Source: Tubulanus polymorphus (Eukaryota; Animalia; Nemertea). From it: a stretch of DNA of 64,000 bases. A program made the position numbers and the translations under genes. The stretch covers positions 13,963,062-14,027,061 of the forward strand of contig NC_134034.1 of the NCBI RefSeq assembly GCF_964204645.1. The letters are read 5' to 3'. The notes beneath the pieces are model-generated. The model had not been told where the DNA came from. It saw only the letters and a list, made by a program, of their open reading frames with translations, and ran no database searches. Of this stretch, positions 20,146-35,229 are shown piece after piece. The first letter of the stretch is position 1, and each line of letters begins with the position of its first letter.

Positions 20146-23100
20146 GCGTCATAGTGTACCTCAGATTGGGATTCCCGCCGGTAGACTGGTCACCGCCACC
20201 TGCATTCGCAGGTAGAAATGGCAACCAGTCTATTGCAGGTCTCGGCTTCTTTTCGATTAGATTAGGTTTTATATTCTACGCAATATTCAAAGAATTTATT
20301 CTTATGAAAACCACGCTCTTTACCAATCTAATCATTCGTTTCGAGGTTTCCGTAATTACTACTTTAGTTCACAGAAATTCCGCTATCGTTATTCATAGGG
20401 GCAGCACTGAACGGTTGTAATTTGATGCAGTCTTGCTATTTTACTGCGGCATGTGAGGAATACAGATTTTTCTTAAGTCAAATTTCATTCATCACTCAAC
20501 ACTAGTTTGTTAGAAATTAATAACTGTACCAACATAAGAGCTTTATATAAGGAGAGTAAATTAATGGTATGATAGAATCTCCCTAATTCCGATCATTGGG
20601 ACCAACAAAATTCATCCGTTTTACGGCAAATCCGGATTAAAAGTCATTTTCGTGTATATTAATGATTAAATTGACTGTATATATTATCCGGATTAGACCA
20701 AAATTCGGTCGATGCGGATTAAACGATTTAGTTTGACTGTATTAGCCAATAGAATCAGTCTTCGCCCATCGAACTGGCCCCAGGGCACTAAAATTACCAA
20801 GAAACAAACACTGACGAGTGTTGGCCTGCTAAATAAACGCAGAAACCCTAGTGTTGGCCTATTTAATAAACGTAGAAACCCTAGTGTTGGCCTGTTTAAT
20901 TAACGTAGAAACCCTAGTGTTGGCCTGTTTAATAAACGCAGTAACCCTAGTGTTGGCCTGGGTGAATTAACGCAGAAACCCTAGTGTTGGCCTGTTTAAT
21001 AAACGTAGAAACCCTAGTGTTGGCCTGTTTAATAAACGTAGAAACCCTAGTGTTGGCCTGTTTAATAAACGCAGAAACCCTAGTGTTGGCCTGTTTAATA
21101 AACGCAGAAACCCTAGTGTTGGCCTGTTTAATAAACGCAGAAACCCTAGTGTTGACCTGCTTAAATAAACGTAGAAACCCTAGCGTAGGCCTGGTGAATA
21201 AACGCAGAAACCCTAGTGTTGGCCTGTTACCACACTGACCAACCATATTCACAAACCAGGACAGACATCAGAACTCAGCGGTCTAGTGGTTAGCGTGCGC
21301 GGCTGGTATGCTGGAGGTCGCAGGTTCGAGTCCCGCTAGGGTTAGGGTTACGATCGATCTAGGGTTAGGGTTAGTGCCTCAGGTTGGGGCTAATTTTTGG
21401 CCCAGCGAGGTATTTGTAGTACGATGATCATCTGTTTGACTCGGGTTGTTTTTTGGTCAATAGATTCTATACTAACTTATATATTTTGAACACAAATATT
21501 TGCTTTATCTAGTGGAGGCCCCTTTATTTAAAAGATACTTCGCTGGTGGTGACATTATTCAATATCCAAGAGTTATCCAAGAGTTGGTGACATTATTCAA
21601 TATATATAAAAACCACAATATCTATTTTAAGGTTGGTATGCAACAATTTCCACTCTTTTCCATAGGTGTCGCTTTGGATAAATATCTATATCTCTTGACC
21701 CAATGGACCGATTACGATTAAACTTGATACACAGGAACTTTTATCAAGTAATACTCGGGGTGGGTGAAATCGCTCTAGGTTGAAGTTACACTGTCCTAAA
21801 TTGGCTCCAAACAACGTGAAATTGGTAGTTAGGCCTACTACGAGTACGGGTAGAACACAGTTTGAAATCGTATCGTTGTAGGTTATCGTAAAGAAGATGA
21901 ATACGACGATTAACAGTACAAATATCGTTATAGACACGGTTTTAGTCGAGACATTGATGGCCGGGTTTAACTATTCCTGGATATGACCATGCTTCACAAT
22001 TAAATTCATCTTCTGAATGAGGACGACCATCGAACACGTGTCTAATCGCGTCATAACGGGTACGGGGTGTCCCGCGTTCGAACCAAGTAATTACTGATAC
22101 TGGTTCAGAGTGGTCTTTGTACAGGGGTGTCCAGGGTTCGAACTGAGTAGTGGTCCAAGTTGTCCTGATGCTGAATGGAGGATGTACAGGGTTGTGTCCC
22201 GGGTTCGAGAACCAGTAATTACTGATACTGATTCAGAGTGGTCCTGATGCTGATTAGATGATGTACAGGGGTGTCCCGGGTTCGAACTCAGTAGTCGTCC
22301 AAGTTGTCCTGATGCTGAATGGAGGATGTACACGGGTGTCCCGACCGTACGGTGCTGCCGCTATGCTCATCGTTAGCGGGATTTCCATACACTAACTGAA
22401 GTCAACTCTGGCAATCGTCGTGCTGTCCAGCTATACTCCGTAACCCTTGCTTGCCAGAGTTGACTAACGTTAGTGTATGAAAATCCCGCTACCGATGAGC
22501 ATAGAGGCAGCACCGTACGGTGAAATGTTGATATCTTAACAAAAGTAATTACTGATTCTGATTGGTCCTGATATTGGATGGAGGATGTACAGGGGTATCC
22601 CGGGTTCGAACCAGTAATTACTGATACTGGTTCAGAGTGGTCTTGATACTGAATAGAGGATGTACAGGTGTCCTGGGTTCGACCCCGCCACGAAAAATGA
22701 TTAAATAACGCACACACGACTTACAGCAACAATTATCTATATTTATTCATCATTGTCATGTAACGCACCCGGACGCAGTTCCACAGTTGTGTTAGAGTTA
22801 ACTCCGAGTTAAAGTTAATTCATTTTCAATGAGTTACCCCAGGACCCAGTTTCACAAAAAGGTTTAACTCTTAAATCGGTTTAATTTCTTCATTAATTCA
22901 GTTTATCTTAAATCGATTTAGGCCTTAATCCTTTTTGTGAAACTGGGCCCAGAGTTAAATCTTAACTCAACAACTGTGGAACTGGACCATGCCCTTTTAA
23001 GAATAGTAGTTGGACCATCGAATTGAAACCCTCGCATACCAGGGTAAGAAAGAAAAAATGAATTCCTCGAGTGGACACCAGGGGTCGCAGTTCCACAAAA

Positions 23101-24408
23101 AACGATGCATTTTTTAACTGAATTTGTGAAGAAATTTAATCTGGATCTCACAAAAAGATCTTTTTTGTTGATCTTTGATAACTAATCCGTATATGTGAAA
23201 CCGTACCCTCGGTAGGATTTGGTTTATGATGCGAGGCTTTCAATCAGATTTAGATGCTGCAGTTTCGCACACTGAATAGCGAGTATTTAATACCGTCGAG
23301 TCCAGTTTCACAGAGAAAGGATGAATCAATATAGGCGGTAAAGTCGAATAGAGAAGTTTTTTGAGTAAATTATTTCTATGAAACTGAACCCGTGGGATTT
23401 ACGTGTGACGCACTGATTGTGTGTGAAACTGCTGACGTCTGTAATCACAACTAAAACAACACAGAAAATTCATCTTTATTTCAAATAAAACAGAACAACA
23501 GTTCACACGAAATATTATAGTCCCATAATAAAGAAAACCTGTCGATATTTCAACTTTATGATTTCATTGATTGAGTGACTTGTCATAACATGTCCATATT
23601 ACATCATTATACAATATGTGTATCATACAATTTTTTACAAAACCAAACCAATAAAACTGGGTCGTGGGGTACAAACAATTACAAACTAATGCAACCAGTT
23701 ATCGCTGCTTTACAGCTACATTTAATCTTCAATTTCAATTTTCACTAAAACTTTAAAACCCACTATATAGAAACTTAATAGAAGTAAAAGCGACAACATT
23801 TTGGAGTCTCTGTAGACACCATCATCAAGTCTGAAGAATAACTAAAACAGGGAAAAACAAGTTAATTAGGAAAGTAAAGCGAGTGTTCAGTGCTAAGGTC
23901 GAGAGGTTTTGTTATTTTGTTCGTATAGGTTGTTCTAGTTATTTCTTCATTATACTTTTATTATTTTGATTCTGATTCTTGATAAATGAATTTTGCCTTT
24001 TAAATTTGCATATAGCAGGGTTTAAATTATATATTCTATGCCCGAGTCAGGCTATTATTCTATTAGCAAAAATGACACCACAGCTTTGAGAGACGAATCA
24101 GGGGATGACTTTATTGTTTTTATGGATATGTGATACACAGTCTATCAAACCATCACAAACAGTAGGCTGCCCGTGCCGGTCGGCACAGATAAACAATATT
24201 CATTTGGCTCCAGGTAGATGGTTGGTCGCTGTCCCTGTCAAATGGCAAATTGGTCCCGATCCCCACTTTGTCCTAGAATAATGAAAATATTACAGAGAAA
24301 ATGTTCGATTGAATTAACAGTCAAGTGGGAATTGTTTTCATGACATAATTCGGTAACTAGAATTTATAATCACCTTATAATTCTAGATAATTCAACACCA
24401 TTATTCAA
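12513..24408. repeat. Tandem unit A, copy 2 (11896 bp)
   Basis: Collinear with copy 1; the length difference comes from VNTRs and small indels. Confidence 0.97.
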
Positions 24409-27400
24409 TCTTTGATCACTTTTCAAACTGTTCTATTGGACAAATTTCATGCTGCAAAAAATCATTATACTATGAAAATACTAAGTAATGTATTTATAAC
24501 AGTCTGAAATTTGGGCTAAATTCTATTAGAAAATCAATCATTTTCAAACTTGTGTTGAGCAGAATTAAGCAGCATCAGCAGCAGCAGCAGCAGCTGCAGC
24601 AGCAGCCGCCGCCGCACTGCTTTCCTGAGAATCACACATAAAAATTCTGTACAGAATAATTAAATGTTAGAATATTATGAAATTAGAACACAGTGGAGTG
24701 ATGAAATATTCACCATTTCTAAACTCATATCAGATAAGTTCAGTGCCATCTAGCAGGATTTCACTTCCAACAGTAATAATGTCATGAAGTTAAGAGAACT
24801 GATGATTTTCTGAGAAAATAAATTCTTAAAACGATAGCAGCAGCTTCAGCAACTAGAGCTTCTTTACTCTTTGAAGGTGAATATTTATAATTTCTCCAGT
24901 TCCAATAAGTGTTGGGCGTATTGCATTCTAGAAAGAGAAAATTATGCCAGAAAATGGTTAATGAAATAGATAGAAACTGCAACTTGTTTGTGTTCAATTG
25001 ACAGAAAACCTACCGGGTTAATGAGTAGTTTATCACAATGTGTCGAGTATATGCAGATTTCTGAGAGGTTTGATGGTAGCTTTAGACTGCGTCCTCTAGT
25101 AAAACGTTGATACCTGCCAACATTGACCGATCAAAACATCATTTTCTGGACTTGATTTGAAGATCACCACAAATTACTGCAATAAATCGATATAAAACTC
25201 ACCGCTTCTGACTTGTTTGATTTGTGGAGCGCATTGTTAACTGCAAGTTCAGCTTTATTTTAGACCCTAGAATACAACAGTTGTATAATTTTGATGATTC
25301 GAACTTTGACCAGAATAGAAGTGATTGAAAATTCGCCTTCACTGATTAATGTAGCTTCTAATCAGGAAATAAGTTTATAAATGTACAGTCAAACAGAGAC
25401 TAGAATCTGTAGAGATATTTACCGGTACCGTATTGGTTTTGAGGATCTAAAGCGATGTCCATCTTAAACAAATGTGAAGTGAATTCCCAATGTTTACTGT
25501 TCACAGATTCTATCAAGGGTTCCAGTTATTTCAGCTCCTAAATACAAATTTTAGAAATTGTCAGTTAAATTGTTATGAAATAAGAGCAGTTTCACAAAAA
25601 AATCAAACTAAGCCGTGATCTTTGAGTGATTGAATGCTGGAAACATAAACAGATAGAATAATTTATATAGAACAGTTCTCTAAAAATAATGAATTTCCAA
25701 ACAGGTTTTACCTGCTGCTGCTGCAGCTGCTGGTGGCGCGGTGGCTGCATGGTGCTGGTACTGCAGGTACTGCCAGTGCTGCTGTTGCAGCTGCTGGTGG
25801 CGCTGTTGCTGCATGGTGCTGGTACTGCGGGTACTGCCAGTGCTGCTGCTGTTGCTGGTGGCGCTGTTGCTGCATGGTGCTGGTACTGCAGGTACTGCCA
25901 GTGCTGCTGTTGCAGCTGGTGGTGGCGCTGTTGCTGCATGGTGCTGGTACTGCGGTTACTGCCAGTGCTGCTGCTGTTGCTGGTGGCGCTGTTGCTGCAT
26001 GGTGCTGGTACTGCAGGTACTGCCAGTGCTGCTGTTGCAGCTGGTGGTGGCGCTGTTGCTGCATGGTGCTGGTACTGCGGTTACTGCCAGTGCTGCTGTT
26101 GCTGCTGCTGCGGTGTGTATCTCATCCTGTAACTGAGAGTAAAACAGTAATTTTTAGTTCAAAAATAATTCAAAATATGAACAGAGACTGTGAAGCATTC
26201 TGTGGAGAAATTCATTACCAGTTTTATACTTACCTTAAATGAGCCTGTTTAAATAGTAAATTCTATTGCATTCATTTCATCCTGAAAAGAAAAAGAAACA
26301 ATAATCAGTGGCAATAGCGCAGAATGTAACATCTCAAATTATCAATCAATCAGACAGAACAGTACAGGATTTCTGTAGATTAAACTGCTGTACTTATTTC
26401 ATACTGATTGTACAGTTACAGATACATGTAACATTGTGTACAGATACAGAGTACAGATCACTGCATTACTTCATCCTGTGATTGAACAGTGATTTAATGT
26501 TCTTTCATCTTCATTAGATTCCCATCCGTCTAACTAAAACATCAGAACATTTTAACTCATCTAACCTCCCGACCCGACCCTCCCAGACCCCTTCCCTCCC
26601 GGACTCCTTCCCTCCCGCCCTCCCAAACCCCTTCCCTCCCGCCCTCCCTGACCCCTTCCCTCCCGCCCTCCTGGACCCCTCCCTCAATGCCCTCCCACCT
26701 GGCCCTCCCTCAATGCCCTCCCACCTGGCCCACCCTCAATGCCCACCCACCTGGCCCTCCCTCAATGCCCTCCCTCAATGCCTCCTCAACTCTGTTGTCT
26801 CCTCTTCACACACCACTCATCTGTACAATAACTACAAAACGATTTGCCATTTTTCACGATCATATCAATTTCATTTATAAATCAAAATCCTTAATCAATT
26901 GCATCATTGATGGGACTCACAGATACTTTCTCTACACATTTTGGAGGCATTCAGATGACCTCAAATGATCATATGCCTGGGTTGGTCTTGAAAATCACAT
27001 GGCTTCATTTTTACAGATGATTTCTTTATCAATTTCATCACATTATTCCTATTATTTCTACTCCCTCTAATAAGTATTCACAATATATCTCAGTTTCATG
27101 ACAAGTTGCAGCAGTCGTCTGTAAACAGATTTCATTTCATCAAATGATGCGAGTTTGAGTTGTAGAGGTTTCATCTACAAAACATCAAACCAAACCCGAG
27201 GAACTTAATGTTGTAAGGGAAGGGGACGTATATGGAGGGTTCACCCGAACCAAGGAAATAAACCCGAACCAAACCTCCACACTCACAAAATGTTGTGAGA
27301 AGGGCAAACACAAACCAAGGACAAGAATGATGGCTGAGATCAAAACAATTAATGCTATTTATGTTGCTTCACCAATTCAACATGACGTCACTAAATGGAA

Positions 27401-30400
27401 CCATTGTGGACTATTTCAATACTCTCTACTAAAGGTTTCATATAAGCAAGTAGTTTATGGAATCATATTCATAAAAGTTATTAATCAATGTTTTTAAACT
27501 GCTGATGCAAAATATATACGTCATTAAATAATCTGTTTGATTGTCTTTTCAAGTTAACACTTAAACCCAGTGGAACAAATCAAACTCCAGCCATTTTTCC
27601 TTCATTTGCCATTTTTCGTTTTTACTCTTTTCTCTGACTTTTAGCACTTGAGTCGAGGTAGGAATAGACCCCTGCCCGCTCGCTAAGCGTGCAGGACACT
27701 AAACCTTCGAATTGCTCTCGGACCCCACTCTTTATATCAGCATTTCATGCTGTTTTATTTTATTCACGCATTCGCTTTACATTTTTTCATATGGCTTTTC
27801 CTTATTTGTCGTCTCACTAAAATTCTCATCAGTTCCGACTGGGATCAAGTTTAATCTTTTAGAGACAAACAGCAAAAGGTTGTGTTAGTTGCACCAGCAG
27901 CAGCAGCAGCATCAGCAGAACCAGCAGCAACACTGATACAGATGAATCTTTCATTAACTACGTCATTTGTTCCATTCTCAAATATTGAGTCATGAGGGCA
28001 ACAGAAATAACTTTAAAAAACGTTAAATCTTTCATTTATGGCCTTGGTTTAGTGACCTAAGCGTCGAAGTTTGGTTCATAGCCCAGGTTTGGTGACCAAA
28101 GAGTCAAAGTTTGGTTCATGGCTCGGGTTTAGTGACCAAAGAGTCAAAGTTTGGTTCATAGCTCTGTTTTGGTGACCAAAGAGTCAAAGTTTGGTTCATA
28201 GCTCTGTTTTGGTGACCAAAGAGTCAAATTTTGGTTCATAGCCCTGTTTTGGTGACCAAAGAGTCAAAGTTTGGTTCATGGCTCAGGTTTAGTGACCAAA
28301 GAGTCAAAGTTTGGTTCATAGCCCTGTTTTGGTGACTAAAGAGTCAAAGTTTGGTCTATGGTTCTGATTTGGTGACCACGGAGGGTAAATATAGCTCATG
28401 GCCCTCGTTAAAGGTAAGTCAGTTTTATGGCTTTGGTTTGATTAGCAAATAACATGAGAAATTGAGCGTTGCATATGTTGAATAGGGGAATTGGACTAAA
28501 CACTCATCACTAGAATAAAGTGAAGAATTATGTTCACACTGAATGGGCTCAAAATCTTGGACTAATTGATAAAGTCTGAAATAATTCTGACTAATTTGAG
28601 TCTACCGGAAAATGATGCATTGATCGAAGTCTAAAAGCTATAAACTGACAAATTGATCAAGCACTGATAATATTTTAAATAACAGCGGAGGATGGAATAA
28701 CTTTCATAAACTGATATGATCGTGAAAAATGGCAAAATACACTAGATATCCCCGCTTTATCAGAGTCTCATTGTAGTAGGAAGATTGCCGTAGCCTAACT
28801 GTAAAAACTACAACTACATCTGGTTGAATATCATTTGTTTTTATGGCTTTTAAATTCAGTAAAATATTTCCTGATATAAGTATAATTAGTTCGCAGCCCC
28901 TTAAATTCTGTCTAGAATAGAATTATAAGTCACAGGTAGAAATAGAATATTATCCTATTCTAAAATGAATATAATAATAGAACAATAGTCTCTCCGTGTC
29001 AATCTTTGTCCCACCTAAAAATTGTACAGTTTATTTCAGAAAATGTGTCCCATCTTTTTGAAAAGGATAACTAATTATTAAGGATATCTATGAATAGTGA
29101 TATACTGTGCCATGAAGGCAAATGAAGAAGTGTGTCCATAAAAGTGATAACAAAACATATCACTTATTCTAATAAGTTCTATACTCTTCTTCCAAAAATG
29201 AAGAGTAGGTCTCTGTCTAAGAATCTGCAGAAAAAAGAGGAAGCAGCGATGAATGTGAACTGCATCTCGACTCTCGTCAATAATTTTCTAAGTCGTCCTA
29301 TACAGTTCTCAGTATTTACAGCCGTTTTTAAAATAGCACAGAAGAAAATACATTTTTCAGCTGGAAACGTATCAGTAAACGGCCAGATATCAACAGTAAT
29401 TATTACGTATGATTGTTGTTTCATTGAATTATTAATGAAACCGTTTTTTGAACGGAGCCAAGGAGCAGTTTGTGATCATTCAAAAAATATCTCTCATTCC
29501 TGACAACATTAAATTATGGCCCTAAAAATTGAAATGTCCCAATTCAGAAATCTGGGGGCAATTATCTCATAACGATTGAGAGAAGTGACAGTGAAATTAC
29601 GTGCGCACTCACCGGGGATCAAACCCGGGTCTCATAGAAATAACAACTAGTAAAATAGAACGAGTCCAATTGGCCGATGGTTATACAGCTTGTCATGCAT
29701 AACAACTGAAACATGACATGTTGCAGTCACGTGTTTCATAATGATTAATCCTTTCTTAGAATATTAAAAAGATAGGACACATTTTCTGAAATATCCTAAA
29801 CTTCAAGACTAAAACTACGACTAAACCACCTGTACCTGTACCTGTACCTAAACCCTAAAGCCCCACCCTATATCCCTCCCTCCAAAGTCCTACCACCACC
29901 CCTACATCCCTCCCACCCTCCCAAGTCCTACCACCACCCCTACATCCCTCCCACCCTCCGGAAACCCATCTCTCCCGGACCCCTTCCCTCCTGCCCTCTC
30001 GGACCCCTTCCCTCCCGCCCTCCCTCCCACACCCCTTCCCTCCCGCCCTCCCTCACCCCATCTCTCCCACCCTTCCTCCCAGACCCCTTCCCTCCCACCG
30101 TCCCCCACCCCAACCCTCCCTCCCTCTACCCCTTCCCTCCCCCAACCCTACCCACCCTCCCTAAATCCCGTGGTTAGGTGAGTTGAATGTTCTGATGTTT
30201 TAGTTAGACGGATGGGAATCTAATGAAGATGAAAGAACATTAAATCACTGTTCAATCACAGGATGAAGTAATGCAGTGATCTGTATCTCAGTATCGGTAC
30301 ACAATGTTACATGTATCTGTAACTGTTCAATCAGTATGAAATAAGTACAGCAGTTTAATCTATAGAAATTCTAACTCTCAAGATACACATGATCTGATTA

Positions 30401-32025
30401 TCACGAAGGAACATGATTGATAACAGTTGTATTATTGACATCAGGAACCACTTTCATATTGATTAGAAATAACATTTGAGTTGATCACAATTTAGAAAAC
30501 CTGTAAACCCGCTTACTGAAATAACAATCCCAACCATGAACTGATTATAGCCAAATATTCACCAAAAGAAATTTGAAATGATTGAATAACTGCAACAGGT
30601 TTTTGTGATTTCATTTCAAAACATGGTTTATAACAAACAATATAAAATTAGTCCCTTAAAATCAATTCAACCACCGATAAATAAAGATTAATGTTACTTA
30701 TCTTGAATTTCCACATAGGCTATAGTGATTCCTGATGTCATGCTGAATCCAAGAGTGATTCCCGATGTCCTGTGCTAAATCAAAAAAAGTCTGGTAGTAA
30801 AACACTGATTCCTTGTTGTCCTGTGCTGAATCCAAGAATGATTCCCGATGTCCGGCGCAAAACCAAAAAAGTCTGATTGTGAAACACTGATTCCTTGTTG
30901 TCCTGTGCTGAATCCAAGAGTGATTCTTGTTTTCCTGTGCTGAATCAAAATTCCCATTGAACATGTTGAAGTGATACCTATAATAGACAAATCTAAGATC
31001 GTTTTCTTTCCTTAGAAATAACTGCAGAAATATCAAATCTAAAATTCAAACTTACAAATTAGATTGTTCGCTCAAATCTGCAGTTCATTTATTCACGGGG
31101 TTTTTCTATCCACAGTTTAGGTTTTGCATCTAGAGTTCAACATGAAATATAAACAAGAAAGTAATGAAAAAACGAACAGTTTAAATATTATCTGTTTCTG
31201 AAACCGATGATGATCATCATCATCATCAATATTACAGACGAATGGAGGCAAGTAGAGGCATCAATCCTCCTGCGGCAGGGACTCAAACCTGATGGCATCC
31301 AGAATGCCATGGTACGAAACCCTGCCACACTAGACCTAGTGCGCAGCAATTACACGCGCAGCTTAGATGATATCATTAATAGCCAATCAGAAATTCAGTT
31401 TTATTTGAGCCCGGGTTTTCCCATTTATAGTTCTTCCGTGAAATTTACCTCAGCGATTAACGAGCAATCTGTTTGGTGCCGCAAGATTTCGCGCGGTAAA
31501 GCTGCGCATGTACCTGCGCACCCGGTCTAGTGTGGCAGGGGTTCGTGCCGTGGCTGAGTGTAGCAAGCGATGTCATCAGGTTCAAATCCCTCCCATGGGA
31601 GGATGTTGGTGTCCCACATGTTTGACTGCGATTAATAGGCCTATAGGTTAAGCGACAGATGAAATAAACTTACACTGTTTTCACTGTTTGATTAAATCAG
31701 TCGATGGAATCATTTTAGAACAAATTCATAACAACACAGCGAGATGAAGCCCATCGTGATCTAGAAATATCAGGATGGAATGACGTTATGCTTGACTGAG
31801 CGCCACCGACCATATGATGTGCACCGTTTGTTTGTAGGATGTGACTCTGAAATAATATGATTTCCCGCAATATCTGAGATGGAATATTTTTCGCCATTTA
31901 AACCAATGTTACAAACACTTACCAAATATTGAAATACTGATTTCAGGGGTCGGGAAGGAGGGTGGCAATGTTTAGGTGAGGTTTTTGCTTAATTTCGTGT
32001 TATGGTAAAGCACGCCATTTTGATA
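23460..32025 (-). ncRNA. Putative lncRNA gene, paralogous copy
   Basis: Same splice, YY1-like (32013-32022) and poly(A) (23475-23480) signals as the copy at 11530-20145. Confidence 0.55.
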
Positions 32026-32738
32026 TTGCGTCATAGTGTACCTCAGATTGGGATTCCCGCCGGTAGACTGGTCACCGCCACCTGCATTCGCAAGTAGAAA
32101 TGGCAACCAGTCGATTGCAGGTCTCGGCTTCTTTTCGATTAGATTAGGTTTTGTATTCTACGCAATATTCAAAGAATTTATTCTAATGAAAACCACGCTC
32201 TTTACCAATCTAATCATTCGTTTCGAGGTTTCCGTAATTACTACTTTAGTTCACAGAAATTCCGCTATCGTTATTCATAGGGGCAGCACTGAACGGTTGT
32301 AATTTGATGCAGTCTTGCTATTTTACTGCGGCATGTGAGGAATACAGATTTTTCTTAAGTCAAATTTCATTCATCACTCAACACTAGTTTGTTAGAAATT
32401 AATAACTGTACCAACATTAGAGCTTTATATAAGGAGAGTAAATGGTATGATAGAATCTCCCTAATTCCGATCATTGGGACCAACAAAATTCATCCGTTTT
32501 ACGGCAAATCCGGATTAAAAGTCATTTTCGTGTATATTAATGATTAAATTGACTGTAAATATTATCCGGATTAGACCAAAATTCGGATTAAGCCGATGCG
32601 GATTAAACGATTTAGTTTGAATGTATTAGCCAATAGAATCAGTCTTCACCCATCGAACTGGCCCCAGGGCACTAAAATTACCAAGAAACAAACACTGACG
32701 AGTGTTGGCCTGTTTAATGAACGCAGAAACCCTAGTGT
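24409..32738. repeat. Tandem unit A, copy 3, truncated within the 33-bp repeat
   Basis: Collinear with ~1-8830; homology stops at CCTAGTGT|CCCGAC. Confidence 0.95.
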
Positions 32739-33005
32739 CCCGACAGAGTACTGTGTACCGACGGAGTACTGTGTACCGACGGAGTACTGTGTACCGACGG
32801 AGTACTGTGTCCCGACGGAGTACTGTGTCCCGACGGAGTACTGTGTACCGACGGAGTACTGTGTACCGACGGAGTACTGTGTACCGACGGAGTACTGTGT
32901 ACCGACGGAGTACTGTGTACCGACGGAGTACTGTGTACCGACGGAGTACTGTGTCCCGACGGAGTACTGTGTACCGGACGGAGTACCGTGACCCGACAGA
33001 GTACC

Positions 33006-33850
33006 CAGGGGCGGATCCAGGGGGATGGGTAGACAGTATTGGAAGGAAATTTAAGGGCACCTTTCTGATCTTAGGGCACACCCAGTATCCAGTTCAATGC
33101 GAGCGCCGAAGGCGCGAAGTCCTTAGAGGGGGGTCTAGGGGCCCACCCCCGGAAAATTTTGAAAATATGGTACCATTTAAAGGCTTTTAGAGGGCTTCTA
33201 GAGGCTAGCAGAGCAATCCAGAATAAACGAATCCGAGACAAGATTTCAACACATGCGGATAAAAAATGAAGCTGGCGAACCCATGAAAGAATGGTTGTCG
33301 CCAACTTCGCCTAGTGCCCCTATAATCTTTAAAAGTGCCCCTTAACAATTATACAGAATACGGCTAAATGCCCCTTCATTGTTAACAATCGGCAAAAATT
33401 GCCTCGTCTTCACATTTATCCTTATGTCGTGTGCCATCTTCCAAACCAAAAGTGCCCCTAAAATTTTAAAAATTAGGCAAAAAAGTGCCCTTTTCTTCAA
33501 CATTTTCCGCGTATAGTGCCCTCTTCTAAAGTACGAGTGCCCCTTTAGCCTTCCTGAAAGACAAGGAAGGACAAGGTGCCCTCATCTAAAGCATGAGTGC
33601 CCCTTGCAAAAGGAAAGTGCCCATTTTAATTTATCATGATTAAAGGCTTTACAAATATGATTATCTCTCCTCACTTTCTCGGCAGCAGTATATACCGATT
33701 AATTTTATAATTATGCCCGGATTACGGACACGGAATTAGCGGTTGCTGAAATAATGCCGTCAAAAATATTGCCGGTGAAATTTCGAAGGGCACTTAAAAA
33801 TTCTAGACCGTATCGGGCAATACGGCTAATACGGTCTGGATCCGCCCCTG
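33006..33850. mobile_element. Non-autonomous TIR element (hAT-like, 5-bp TSD)
   Basis: TIR CAGGGGCGGATCCAG/CTGGATCCGCCCCTG, GTACC on both flanks and many internal GTGCCC motifs. Confidence 0.85.
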
Positions 33851-34180
33851 GTACCGTGTACCGAGAGAGTACTGTGTACCGACAGAGTACTGTGTACCGA
33901 CAGAGTACTGTGTACCGACAGAGTACTGTGTCCCGACGGAGTACTGTGTATCGACGGAGTACTGTGTCCCGACAGAGTACTGTGTCCCGACGGAGTACTG
34001 TGTCCCGACGGAGTACTGTGTATCGACGGAGTACTGTGTACCGACGGAGTACTGTGTCCCGACGGAGTACAGTGTCCCGACGGAGTACTGTGTCCCGACG
34101 GAGTACTGTGTCCCGACGGAGTACTGTGTCCCGACGGAGTACTGTGTACCGGACGGAGTACCGTGACCCGACAGAGTACC

Positions 34181-35027
34181 CAGGGGCGGATCCAGGGGGA
34201 TGGGTAGACAGTATTGGAAGGAAATTTAAGGGCACCTTTCTGATCTTAGGGCACACCCAGTATCCAGTTCAATGCGAGCGCCGAAGGCGCGAAGTCCTTA
34301 GAGGAGCCGTCTGGGGGCCCACCCCCGGAAAATTTTGAAAATATGGTACCATTTAAAGGCTTTTAGAGGGCTTCTAGAGGCTAGCAGAGCAATCCAGAAT
34401 AAACGAATCCGAGACAAGATTTCAACACATGCGGATAAAAAATGAAGCTGGCGAACCCATGAAAGAATGGTTGTCGCCAACTTCGCCTAGTGCCCCTATA
34501 ATCTTTAAAAGTGCCCCTTAACAATTATACAGAATACGGCTAAATGCCCCTTCATTGTTAACAATCGGCAAAAATTGCCTCGTCTTCACATTTATCCTTA
34601 TGTCGTGTGCCATCTTCCAAACCAAAAGTGCCCCTAAAATTTTAAAAATTAGGCAAAAAAGTGCCCTTTTCTTCAACATTTTCCGCGTATAGTGCCCTCT
34701 TCTAAAGTGCGAGTGCCCCTTTAGCCCTCCCTGAAAGACAAGGAAGGACAAGGTGCCCTCATCTAAAGCATGAGTGCCCCTTGCAAAAGGAAAGTGCCCA
34801 TTTTAATTTATCATGATTAAAGGCTTTACAAATATGATTATCTCTCCTCACTTTCTCGGCAGCAGTATATACCGATTAATTTTATAATTATGCCCGGGTT
34901 ACGGACACGGAATTAGCGGTTGCTGAAATAATGCCGTCAAAAATATTGCCGGTGAAATTTCGAAGGGCACTTAAAAATTCTAGACCGTATTGGGCAATAC
35001 GGCTAATACGGTCTGGATCCGCCCCTG
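34181..35027. mobile_element. Second copy of the same TIR element
   Basis: Near-identical to 33006-33850 with the same flanks. Confidence 0.85.
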
Positions 35028-35229
35028 GTACCGTGTACCGACAGAGTACTGTGTATCGACGGAGTACTGTGTACCGACAGAGTACTGTGTACCGACAGAG
35101 TACTGTGTAACGACAGAGTACTGTGTACCGACAGAGTACTGTGAAACGACGGAGTACTGTGTCCTGACAGAGTACTGTGTATCGACGGAGTTCTGTGTAC
35201 CGACAGAGTACTGTGTACCGACAGAGTAC